A stretch of 64,000 nucleotides of DNA from Minutocellus sp. GHC0000111 (lineage: Eukaryota): positions 2,108,001 through 2,172,000 of the forward strand of contig OZ361259.1 in assembly GCA_977018835.1 (NCBI GenBank), read 5' to 3'. Position 1 is the first letter of the stretch. Every line of letters begins with the position of its first letter. Below, in pieces: positions 36,343-47,276 of this stretch. The notes below the pieces were generated by a model. That model did not search any database and had not been told where the DNA came from. It saw only the letters and a list, made by a program, of their open reading frames with translations. The position numbers and the translations under genes were made by a program.

Positions 36343-36964
36343 TTAGTTTAGTTTCAGTGACAAAGGTGCCTGAGGAGATTGCAAAAAATCAATCCTGAGA
36401 TCTCGCTTCTCATCGAATTCCAACCGCCCTTCTATCTCACCATCGGTCATATCTGCCGGTGGCCCAAGCGCATTGCCACTTCTGATCTTGATAATCCATC
36501 GAATCATTCGGGGCCTCAGAATAGTCCCATGGCTCTGCAAAGACACCTGGTGTATCGTCTTGGGACGACACGCACCCAGCACCCGATTTCATGTCTAGCT
36601 TCCCGTGAGGACAGTCGGCCAAGAGGCCATCCCACACACCCAGGCACGACGAGTCTTGGCAGTTTTCATCTTTGCCCACAGTTTCCGCATGGGCCACACT
36701 TGCTGTGCCAACGAGCACCGAAGCCGAAGACGCAAGTATTTTTGATATAAATCCTCGCCTCTGGAGAGATGAAGGTGCCAATGCCTCCTCATTTTTGTCC
36801 TGACGAGGCTGATGGGCAAACAGCAAAGTTCCCACGCACGCCGAATGAGGGCGAGATGGGGAAAGGTTCAACGCAATGACGTTGCAGCACAGAGATAGAC
36901 TCAAAAGTAGCTGGCAGAAACGCCGATACTGCGAGCACTGAAGATCTGTTACTAGTACGCGCAT
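36343..36964 (-). pseudogene. DUF1499-like gene with internal deletion (copy 2)
   Basis: Copy of 18099-18720. Confidence 0.55.
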
Positions 36965-37195
36965 GATGGTGGTGTGCGCTGCTGCGCTGCCGTTCACCTT
37001 CACCACCCAACGACCTCTTCGGTTGTGCTGGTGGCTCTCGCCATCTTCGTCGAGAATCAATGGACACTCCTTATCAAACATAATACTTGCATGTATCCCG
37101 ATTTACCCATTAGGGAGTGCATTTTACACTGTTTTGGATTGGTTGAATCCCTTTTCCATGTTCACATGATCTACTGGATATGTTTCCTGCTAAAT

Positions 37196-39426
37196 TCAAG
37201 CCCTGGCAAAGGCCTCTTGAACTTCGTCGGAAAGTTTCATTTTGACGACCTTTCAACTTCAGCCCGACGCACAGCAATGTATGCCGTGCTCAACTTACTT
37301 CCCAGCACTTCTTTGCAAAGGAAATCGTCCTTCTCAAGAATATTGAGGCTCTCCTCAAATGTGAATGGGAGCGCTTCGTTCTTTGATTCCATTTCAGCCG
37401 GCCCATTTTCAGGCCTGAGCTTCCAATTCTTTGCAATACCTTCCAACCCCGAGGATATAATTGCTGCCAAGCTCAAGTAAATATTTGCGTGTCCATCCAA
37501 TAATTTGAACTCAACATTCGATGGACTTCCAGAATTACTGTCGAGACATACTCTAAGAGCGACTTCCTTGTCCTCTACTGCCCAACGAACGTCATGTCCT
37601 GTCCAACAACCCGCCCCCATTCGCCGAAATGAATTCATTGATGGAGTCGTAATGGCAAGAAGAGCTGGCAAATGATTGAGTATTCCTTCCACGAAAGCCT
37701 CTGCACGGTGACTCAGTCCACCACCGTCACAACTAAATGCATTTTGACCATTCAGGCCGCAAAATGAAAAGTGAACATGCTGTCCGTTCCCGGCCTTGGC
37801 TTCTTCTATCTTTGGCAAGAAGAGCGCCCTCATTTTATGCGCCCTTGCACATGCTCGTATTGTCTCTCGTGCCAAAACCACATTGTCAGCAATCCCCACT
37901 ACATCTCGTTGGTACTTTAGGACCACTTCAACTTGACCAGGACCGCTTTCGGAGTGGATCATTTCTACTACGATGTCCTGATCTGAAAGCTGCTGCACGA
38001 GGTCTGACATGAAACCTTGCTGCTCATTGAGAGTTGCTGGCTCCGCAAAGCGAGAGATATCAACAGGCTCACCCATCGCACTGTTTGATCTAGCCTTGAA
38101 TAGGGTAAACTCGATTTCGAATCCACAATTGAATTGAAGTCCAAACTGATCTCTCGCTGAAGTAATGACTCTTTCCAGTAGACCTCTCGTACACAAAGGG
38201 CTGAGACATCCGTCGAGCTGACTATGGGCAGTACCAAACACAACCCCAGATGCTTTGGCATACGGCAAAACTCGCAAAGAGCTCAAATCTGGTTTCAATA
38301 GCAAAACGCCAGCCGCGCTGACGCCACAGGATGGGACGACAGTATCTGCATGTGTTGGCATGACGAAGGATACTTCGGCGATGGTCACTCTTTTGTCGAG
38401 ACTCAGGCACCCGTCAGAGTTCGGTTTTATGCTTTGTATTGGAATTGCCTTGCATCGGATAGAATTGGTAGCATCCAACGTAAGGTAACGTAAAAACTCA
38501 ACGCCAGCCGCCCTCAAAGAACGGAGCACTGCCGCTGTTGCCTTGGATTCAGAATTATTGTCCACATTGAATATCTCCGCAGGTGGTACCATAATCTGCT
38601 TGGAGTTGGTGTAGAAGGCCAGTTGAAAGTCTGACTTGGACTCGGAATGAAGAGAAATTTCTGTTCGGCCATCTTTGTCTCCATCATCCTTCGAACCAGA
38701 TCTGGACGCAGCATCGGCGTTTATTTCACCAATAATTTCGTCAGTCGACAAAATTCGCGAGAATCCCTTCATCCCAGCAAGACCCTTGGCATGTTCTGCT
38801 GCTCCGGTCGCCGCACACGCATCATCGACCACTGTTACAAAGAATCCAAGATCAGCTGCGTCTCTCACGGCACTTTCAACACATTGGTCAGTAAGCTGAC
38901 CGACTACCACGACTTGCTCGATTTCTAGATTTCGTAGCACGTAGGCAATGTTTGTCGAGTTGAATGCAGAACAACTCGTCTTGGGGATGAGGATATCACC
39001 CCGTCCACTGGATGCTGATGGTTGGAGATTCGATAGAAACTTGGCCCGATTAGAAGGACCGGGGAGTTGGCTCAACTTTGGGCCTGATAATTTGTAGTCC
39101 AGGCTGATATCCCGACAGTCATCGGTGAGGGCTTCCAGGTAGGTGAAGATGACCTCACAACCAGTATTGAGACCATTTGTAGCATCATCGCGATAAAGAC
39201 GCAGGACATCCACCAGCCTCGATATATTGTCAATGGCTCTGGGCAGCGAAATGTTGTACAAGTAATGATTCTTATCGCCATCGTTTGTGGCGAGATTTTC
39301 GGAATCTGCCGACGATAAATAATCTTGCACGTCTACAACAAGGATGGCCGTTTTGGTGAGATCAAGACGGAATTCCGTACGCTTTGAAACACCAGGTATC
39401 ACTGAAGAGGATAGTGAGGTCGTCAT
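37196..39426 (-). CDS. Isochorismatase-like/glutamine synthetase fusion (copy 2)
   Basis: Copy of 18952-21182; one D>A difference in an N-terminal loop; same terminal frameshift. Confidence 0.88.
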
Positions 39427-39774
39427 GCTGAGAGTAGTGTCAGTCAAAGGGCGCAATTACTGCGGTACATGCCTATCTCTTCAAGATGACAATTCGATAA
39501 GCGTTTAAGTAGATTGGCCATATACATGTAGCACAAGCAAGCGCTTCAGAGAAGATACGCGAAGTCTCGTTGTCTCGTTCGCCGAGAGCCGCGAGAGGCA
39601 AGAGGCCGGAACGGATAATAGTAGCGGCAGTTGCGGAATCAAGCGCTTCGAAACGAAATCGAAATCGGCAAAGCGAATGCGAAGAATAGAATGAGGCTGA
39701 CTGCAGTCTGTTCGTCGTCGCGTCGACGTGCTGGTTTGGATTGGCTCTCGTGGATGACGAGATGACGAACATAA

Positions 39775-41715
39775 ATGATAATGCCACGACCTGCAATGAA
39801 GAGAATGAAGCGCTTAGCATCTCTCTTCCTCATTTTCTGTGCAATATGCTCTCCCACTTTGGCCGATGAAGGGCGCGCAGCTGACGCTACCGATGCCGAC
39901 CAACTAGCAGTAGAGTCATCTCCTATCGCGCCGCCCAAGACCAAGGATTCGCGTTCAAGACGAGTTGCCATCATCGGCGGAGGGATTGGGGGATCATTTG
40001 TTAGCAAATACCTCACAGATTACGACGATAACTGCAAAATTGATGCGATAGATATCTTTGAGCCGTCGCCAATGTCCACTGCTAAAAGCGAAGCGGGCGT
40101 AGCGGTGACCGCCTCATCATTGTCATCATCATCGGAGGACATAGGTGAGATTAGACCGACGTGGCAAGGGAGCCGCGTGTCATCGGTTACTCTATCTGAT
40201 GGGACAATTGTTGAGCTTGGGGCATCAATTATCTACGACGGGAACAAACTAGCAGTCGAAATGTTGCAGGGTGACGCAAACTTGTCTGCAGGAAGGCCAT
40301 TTTATCCTGGAGAGCAAAAGGCCAAGAGCGAGGAGGGCAAGCCACAAAAGAATGGATTTGGTATCTACGATGGCGATGGCAATTGGTTGCTCAACACGGC
40401 AGCCTTTGGCTCGGCCTTGGCCCGAAAACTATGCCTCCTTTGGAGGTACAATATTGAATTTTTTCGTATCAGCAGTGCCGCATCCGAGGCAGTAAATTCT
40501 TTTGATCTGATATATCAATTATTAGACAGCGATGAACCGGCCACATTTGCTTTGGACACTCCCGATGTCATTTGGGAGGCTGTTGGGCTTAGAAGATTAT
40601 CACTTGTATCATATGATGAATTTCTCGATGCAATTTCAGTTTGCCGTGATGAGTTACCGTGGTGGAGATCAATTTTACCATTTCAAGGCTGTATCAGGAA
40701 CGAACTTCTGAGCGCAGTAACGATCAACACGTACAATCAGGAGACGACCAGAATGAATGGACTGTCTGGGCTGGTCTCATTTGTGCCCACAAAGGGTGAG
40801 CTATTTTCAGTGGAGGGTGGAAATTACAAACTTGTTGAGTCAGCGTTGAATCAGGCCCGAACGAGACGCAAACTAAAATGTGGTGATAGAAGTATGCACG
40901 AGCAGCAAGTGCGCCACTTGGAGAGAGAGGTCACCGCTGTTGTTGGAGACTTGGACCAAGGGATGGAGGTATTCAGTGGCGAGGAATCTCAGGGTCACTA
41001 CGATCTCGTGATTTTGGCTGCTCCGCTGCAGCACTGCAACATCGATTTCCTCATCACTAGTCACCTTGATGGGGCAGTTTTACATCCAATGCCCCTTGGT
41101 CTTGATGTTGCAGACGAAGAGGAAGAAACCAGTGAAGGACAAGATGTTGCAAATATTCGCGAGCATATCTCATCAAAGCTACCTTCGAGCGCCGAAAGAC
41201 CATACATGCAAGTGATTACAACCGTACTCAGCAATGCAACCCTACAAACAACATATTTCAACATATCTTCGGCAGAAATACCTCGTTCAATATAATTCAC
41301 AGAGAAAGGAAAGGAGCACGAAAATGTATTCACCATCACACATCTAACATCAGATGGAGTATTCAAAGTTTTCAGTCAGACAGAGCTCTCACTTGATGAT
41401 GTTGCGAATATGTTTGGGCCGAGTGCAAAGATAGAATTCGTCCAGACTTGGGGTGGCAAACATGGCGGAGCAACGCCAAATTTTGACGGAGGAGGAGATG
41501 CTTCGGCACCGGCACCATTTTTGCTGTATGATGGAGGAAAGCTCACCGAAGGCCACGGCTTTGGACCCGCCCTGTATTATGCCAATGCTATGGAATCAGC
41601 TGTAGCAGCGGTAGAAATAAGTGCCATCGGCGCAAAAGCAGTAGCTAAGCTCTGTGCTGCGAGATTGGAGGTGATAGCTCCACGTCAAAACAGTTTAGGA
41701 GGTGACGAGTTGTAG
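39775..41715 (+). pseudogene. Prenylcysteine oxidase/lyase-like ER flavoprotein with in-frame TAA at 41293-41295
   Basis: Signal peptide, VAIIGGGIGG FAD motif, VELGASI, FSVEGGNYKL, YYANAMESAVAAVEISAIGAKAVA, C-terminal GDEL; frame stays open after the TAA and joins ORF 41410..41715. Confidence 0.85.
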
Positions 41716-42040
41716 ATCTAGAGATAGAAACGAGTGAGGCGTCTTGGTCATCACTTGGTACTAGTAGATCTCTAGGCTAGATCTCTGATAAATGTAAAAG
41801 AAGACCCTTCCTATTTGCATTTCTACGACTCTTGAGATGTGCAGAAAAAGTCGGGAGAGCGGATTGTCGGAGAAAATCGATGTCGGAAGAATGTCCCAGA
41901 GTCAGCGGTCATCGGGGCATAGATCTACGTGATATTGCCGGGAGCAGAATAATGCATGCATTCATGCACGATAACGGCGAACCTCAAACATGACCACATT
42001 ACAACACGACAAATAAATAGAAGAGAAACGTCCCCTAAGC

Positions 42041-42853
42041 ATGAACATTGGAATTGGCGGCGAAAGACGACGAATGGCTGGATTCGGTCATCGGCTCTCT
42101 GGTCGCCTGAGCAACGCATTCGCTCGACTGGCGGAAGAATCATCTACCGTGGACGACGAGAGGGCCAGATGGACCTCCTCCCTACCTGCACTTGCCGAGA
42201 ATGGTTTTAATGACCCATTCGTTCGGCCAAATGCTACCATAGTCGTCGATGGTCAGCGTCGCGTTCTCTCGAGAGACGACTCATTCATTCGTCGGCGTCC
42301 ATCAACAATGACCACGGCTAGTAGGAGCGAGAGCGATGATACTTTTGGCAGGGCGATTGATCCATTCTGCCCCACCCGATCGACAGAAGAAAAGAGCGGA
42401 GAAAGTGTAAGCCTCAACGATAGATTTAATTCATCCTTCGGCAATGCCAGCACCACCATCAAAGATGCATTCAATGAGTTAGCTTCTGAAACTGAAAGAG
42501 ATGCTGCATGTAGTACACAAAAGAGCGGGAAAATCGGTATCAGCGACGCAGTGCTCAAAGCTCGAGCCGTAGAAAGGGTTCGGCGTCGTATGATGTTATC
42601 AAAGGATGACTCCTTTATCAATCGTACTGATGCCAGTAAGCTGGAACCTTTTCACTTTTCCTTTACTGAAGGGGCCTTCCGCCGGGTCAGGAACAAGGAC
42701 AATAGCAAACAAAGTCAAGCTTCAGGACCAATCACGACATGGAAACGCCCAACGCTGGCCGAAAGCTGGGACATTGCCAACACACTGAACATTCAATCTA
42801 TGGAGTCAACTCGTCACGTTGGATCAGGCATAAACCGCAATGCAGCGGCTTAG
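42041..42853 (+). CDS. Hypothetical protein with duplicated LS(R/K)DDSFI motif
   Basis: 270-aa ATG-initiated ORF with an internal repeat; no family recognised. Confidence 0.55.
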   Translation: MNIGIGGERRRMAGFGHRLSGRLSNAFARLAEESSTVDDERARWTSSLPALAENGFNDPFVRPNATIVVDGQRRVLSRDDSFIRRRPSTMTTASRSESDDTFGRAIDPFCPTRSTEEKSGESVSLNDRFNSSFGNASTTIKDAFNELASETERDAACSTQKSGKIGISDAVLKARAVERVRRRMMLSKDDSFINRTDASKLEPFHFSFTEGAFRRVRNKDNSKQSQASGPITTWKRPTLAESWDIANTLNIQSMESTRHVGSGINRNAAA

Positions 42854-43166
42854 GTCTTATCAAAAATCAGGAAAGACGCAACAATTTAGTGCAATGAACA
42901 CGCCAGGTAAATGATTTGCATTTTTATGCCAGTACTTATGAACCCTAAATTTAAGAAATTAGAGATAATTGAATCGTACCTGCATGCAAGTGGCTCAACA
43001 TCTTAGAAATGTCGAGTAGCTTCTTGTTGAATTATCACAGTGATATATGCTCTATTATAGGCTCTTAAACACTCCTATTCCTAAACTTACTAAAATTAAG
43101 TTGCAAAGTACAGCTGTAGCTAGTTCTGGCCTCGCAAAGATGATTACCCCGCACAAATGGAAGAAA

Positions 43167-44528
43167 TCACACAGGGATCCCTCCGTCCCAAGTCTCCTTC
43201 CTGCCCTCCTCCTCATTTTGTACGGCATCGTCTTCATCCTCCCTCGCAGCAGCCTGAGCTGCTGCATCGGCTGCAGCGGCTGCCTCGGCTTCGGCATCCG
43301 CTGCATCCGCCTCGGCAGCCGCCCTATCCTCGCTGCCTTCGTCGGCGTCGTATGGGACAGCAACGGCCCGGGTGGCGTCGTAATATATACCGCCATCGGG
43401 ATTGTCATAGAGGCCCAGCTCCCGCGCGCTCCGGATCCAGTAGTCCTGTGGCTTCTCCTGTCCCCGCTTCCGGCTGGTCTTGAGGGCCCGGTACGTCTCC
43501 TTCGTCTTGATGGGAATGCACGGACAGTTCTCGAAGTGGAACCTCTGCATGTCGGCGACGGTCTGGTACAGCCGGCTGATGGAGCGGGGATAACAAACCG
43601 CCCGCTCGGCGCGGTCACCGTGGGGCAGATGCGAGCAGAAGATGCACCGGACTCCCACCTGACCCTGGTTGAGCTTCTGCGCCCCCTTGCTGTGGCGGCT
43701 GCTGACGTCCGACGCCGTGGCGGTGAAGGCCTGGATGTAGCACTGCCGGACGTAGCAGTGCCGCTCCGACAGCGCCCCCTTGTCCTCGTCGCGGTAGAGC
43801 CGAAAGATGATGCGCTCCCCGTCTCCCTCGTCCGCCTCGGCGTAGGCTCCGGCTCCATCCGGAGGAGCGCCTGCGTACGATCCATGTCCATTACAGTACC
43901 CACTCGCGCCATCGTACTGGTGCTGCTGCGACTGCTGCTGGTCGTACGACGCCTTGCGCTTCCTGCTATTCTCTGGCGACGATTGCGACGCCATGAGGGC
44001 CAACGACGACGCGGCAGTGTTGACGGGAGACGGGGCAACGTGCATCAAGTGAGGCGGCGGGTAGTAGTGCGAGTAGGGTTGGTCGTACCCATAGCTGAGA
44101 GGTGGCATATCGCCGCCGCCACCACCACCAGATGCAGCAGTGCTACGAATGGGAGTGCTGGAAATCTCATGGTCCGGCGGAGACACGACGGCCGACGACG
44201 ATTCGTGTTCGGCTTCCGGCCCATGCAAGCCGCCGTGGACGGCGGTGTGGTGGGCACATGTTGTGGGATGATGGTGCGGATGGTCGTGGCCGGCGGAATA
44301 GGCGGCATAATCGTAGGGGTAGGGACAGTGATGCGGACACTGATAGTACGGATGCGTCGCGTGAGCATCAGGGTCGGAACCCTCCGGAGCAGCGGCAGAG
44401 GCGGCGGCAGCTGCTGCAACGTCGGCGGGGTGCTCGTGCTCGGGCTCGTCGGTAGTGGTGGTTGCAGCCTCATTCTTGGCCCGCTTGAAGCTCGGGGTGG
44501 ATGCCACTTCCTCCACTGTCGAGGACAT
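43167..44528 (-). CDS. Diatom-type GQVGxRC domain protein (putative Zn-binding regulator)
   Basis: LSERHCYVR..AF.AT..GQVGVRCIFCSH..AVCYPRSISRLY..MQRFHFENC..YWIRSARELGL; low-complexity His/Pro/Gln N-terminus with KRK NLS-like stretch; GC3-rich codons. Confidence 0.75.
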   Translation of the reverse strand: MSSTVEEVASTPSFKRAKNEAATTTTDEPEHEHPADVAAAAAASAAAPEGSDPDAHATHPYYQCPHHCPYPYDYAAYSAGHDHPHHHPTTCAHHTAVHGGLHGPEAEHESSSAVVSPPDHEISSTPIRSTAASGGGGGGDMPPLSYGYDQPYSHYYPPPHLMHVAPSPVNTAASSLALMASQSSPENSRKRKASYDQQQSQQHQYDGASGYCNGHGSYAGAPPDGAGAYAEADEGDGERIIFRLYRDEDKGALSERHCYVRQCYIQAFTATASDVSSRHSKGAQKLNQGQVGVRCIFCSHLPHGDRAERAVCYPRSISRLYQTVADMQRFHFENCPCIPIKTKETYRALKTSRKRGQEKPQDYWIRSARELGLYDNPDGGIYYDATRAVAVPYDADEGSEDRAAAEADAADAEAEAAAAADAAAQAAAREDEDDAVQNEEEGRKETWDGGIPV

Positions 44529-44699
44529 GGTGTTAGAGTGCAGTGATAGAGATGCGAATCTGCAGCATAACGCAGTTAGTTGCTGTTGCGTGGTTTGTTA
44601 TGCGGTCGTAGAGACAGCTTTGTGCTGGCAGAATGCTCATGAGAACGATGCGAGGTCGCGGACAGCAGTTTCAGAATGAAGGATGAGAACGGCAATTTA

Positions 44700-45580
44700 C
44701 CGAATTTGCGAAGGCTTGCGAGGAAATCGGCGTGAAAAAGCGAGATTACGCGGCCTTTCACAGGAGCCACATCAACAAGGTCATGGCCATTGCATTTGTT
44801 GCCGCTGTCTTTGACGGTTCTCTTGAGAGTGGGTGCGAGGTTGTAAAACTGCCACTGGTACGAGCTCAAGCTCCTAAAATAGCGGAGCGAGCTCAGTGCG
44901 AAGCAGTGTCACAGCCTGATGGTTCAATGCGGTACCCAAATACCAACCCCGATGGGACACCAAAGGAACCTCTTCGCCGGAAAGGAGAGTCGTTTCTTGT
45001 TGATTGTTGCGTTACTGGATCGAACGAAGGCACCAAAAAGGATCCGAAATGCTCTTTGCTCCTCGCATTCAAGGAGACTGTTTTCCCAGCGATTCTCAAC
45101 CTTGTCGGTCCGGGCAAGCAACACGAAGATTGTCATGTTATTATCCAGGGCGACCAGGCCGGGCCTCACGAGGACGGAACCTTCACGCAATTTGTTACTA
45201 ACTTCTGTGCTGAGCAAGGCTGGACGTGGCAGCCACAGGCACCGCAGATGCCTCACGCCAACGTCCTTGACTTGAGCGTGTTCCCCGCGATGAGCCGGCG
45301 GCACTCGGAATGGGCACGAAAAATGGTAGGCACCTCCGTCATTTCCACCGACCAGATCTGGGACACTGCCGAGGACGTTTACGATAGCATGCCTAACTGC
45401 AAAATTGCTTCGGCCTTCATTCAGTACTGGAGGATAATGGGCCTGGTGATTAAGGCCGGTGGTAGCAATGAGTTTGTTGGAAGGTTGGGTGACGAAAACT
45501 TGCACACTGGAATTAGGATCGACTTCAACGAAACGGCCAAGGGGATGGAGCCCTCAGCTCGTCATCCTTCTAATAAATAG
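44700..45580 (+). mobile_element. 5'-truncated Tc1/mariner (IS630 superfamily) transposase
   Basis: HINKVMAIAFV, IIQGDQAGPH (second Asp), QAPQMPHANVLDLSVFP (SPDLNVLD-like third acidic residue), GGSNEF; frame is closed upstream at 44684, so the first Asp and HTH are missing. Confidence 0.8.
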
Positions 45581-45677
45581 ATAGTGTTAATGTCTTTACA
45601 CATGTATTAAATAAATGTTACACGTCTACAAATTATTTATAGATCTACATATGTAAGATGCAGCAGCATTGGTTTGT

Positions 45678-46828
45678 TTATGTCACGGTGGGCTTCTTTG
45701 TTCTTCTATTTCTACCGGTATTCTTTTTTGCCTCCTTGGCCTTCTTATGATCATTAGAAAGCCACACAGCGTGGAGGGACTGACGAATCTTTCCGCGCTT
45801 CACACCATATGCATCGGCAAGTTTATTGTCAGTGAGGGCAGGGTGAGCAGTTGGTTGTTTACTCCCATCCTCATATCCCAACTTATATGCATCTAATGCA
45901 ATCTTGTCAGTAGATAATGCAATAGAGAATTCTATTCTCTTGTTATCATACAATCCGAGTTCTCTGCTTCTCCACCCTTTCGGGTAGGCACCACGACCCT
46001 CTCTCTTACTTGGCGATCGACTTCGATCATGCCTAGCACTGTGGTGACCGCGACCTCGCTACCCCAACCAGGAACTTGTTTGAAGGGGAGGTAGACCCCT
46101 TTCTCTTTTCTTCTTGGTTCGGGCCTCTGACTACATGTGGGTGACTTGTAGTTCTTTATATCTTGTGGTAGTGGTGCTTCTCCGTACGTCAAAAAGCACG
46201 CAAGCCTCCGATGTTCCTCAACCTCTCGTTCAATCTGTCGTTCGGTTGGTTCGGTTGGTTCGGTTGGAGGCAAGGGCTCCAAGATGGTAGGGGATGACAA
46301 TTGAAGGTTGCTGAACGACGGGCATGAGCGGCTTGGGGTAAGAGCATACTGAGTATGAACTGACATTGGACTTGTTACCACCATGGGCGTGGCGGAGGGA
46401 AGGTCGAATGAGCTCACGGGCTTTCTCCTCTCGCCGCTTGGCTTTGCGTCGGCGGTTGCTATGCTCATCTCTGAGAATGAATCATCTTCATCAGAATGAG
46501 ATGAAACGGTAGCGGTACCGCGAAAGTCGGCACGCAATATGTCATGATGCAAGTACTTCCTTGCTTGGGCTTGTTCGGCGGCGAAGCCATCCTCTTCGTT
46601 GTACTCGCGTCGATATTTCAACACACGAGGAGATGTGAGGTCTGACGATGCCGGTGGGACCCCTTGGTTGTCCTCCTCGTCATCGTTGTCCTTGTTCTCT
46701 CGATACCGCGGATGTTCCGGCGTTTCGTTGGAAGTTTCCTTCTCATGGCGCGAGGGGCTGAATGCAGTCGCCTCGGCGCGTTTCGGTGGACGCGGTGGAC
46801 TGAAGATGTGTCCCTTTGGAGTATCCAT
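45678..46828 (-). pseudogene. Hypothetical protein with probable 1-bp frameshift near 45973
   Basis: ORF from MDTPKG can be joined to ORF 45678..45953 by one inserted base (KGWRSRELGLYDNKRIEF); no family recognised. Confidence 0.4.
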
Positions 46829-47276
46829 GAGTATGGAAGCTTCTTGAAGCGCCAGTCGGCAGAAGTTGCCCAGTCTATTTGTGGTAATTGCTTGGAGGTC
46901 GGTTGTTGACGGATGTGTTTTGATTTGCTTGCTTTGCCGCGTGTTTTTCAAGGTGCGCGCAAACCGCCGTGTCGGAAAGTCCAAAGACCCAAAAAACCGG
47001 GTCCCCGAAATTGCTGTCCCGGACCTCATCATCCAGTCCGCTCATTTTTTGGCCACGTCTCGCGCTCGTTAGCGTTCGTTCTTTTCTGTCCATCCTCGTC
47101 CTTCCGTCGCCGTCGACCAGTCCGTTTCATGAACAGCACGAAATGACGTATCAGAAACTAAGCCGCAAAACCGTCACCCAAAAACCGGTCAAAGCCTCTC
47201 TGATCACTGCATGATCAGAGACCCAACGATGACGCCACTTTGATGCTACACGTAGCCAACTGCCAAAGCACCAGCC

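Larger units (their letters stand above)
22520..40763. repeat. Tandem segmental duplication, copy 2
   Basis: Near-identical to 4272-22519; ends at 40763 where sequence continues into the unique rest of the oxidase gene. Confidence 0.98.

Noticed and set aside
43047..44546. Long antisense or alternative-frame ORFs (also 3938-4756, 15550-16419, 47545-48456, 50884-51672)
   Set aside because: Shadows of GC3-rich real genes; no independent motifs
46243..46268. Short tandem repeats (TCGGTTGGT)x3; also (TTCGGA)x3 near 58346
   Set aside because: Ordinary microsatellite-scale repeats
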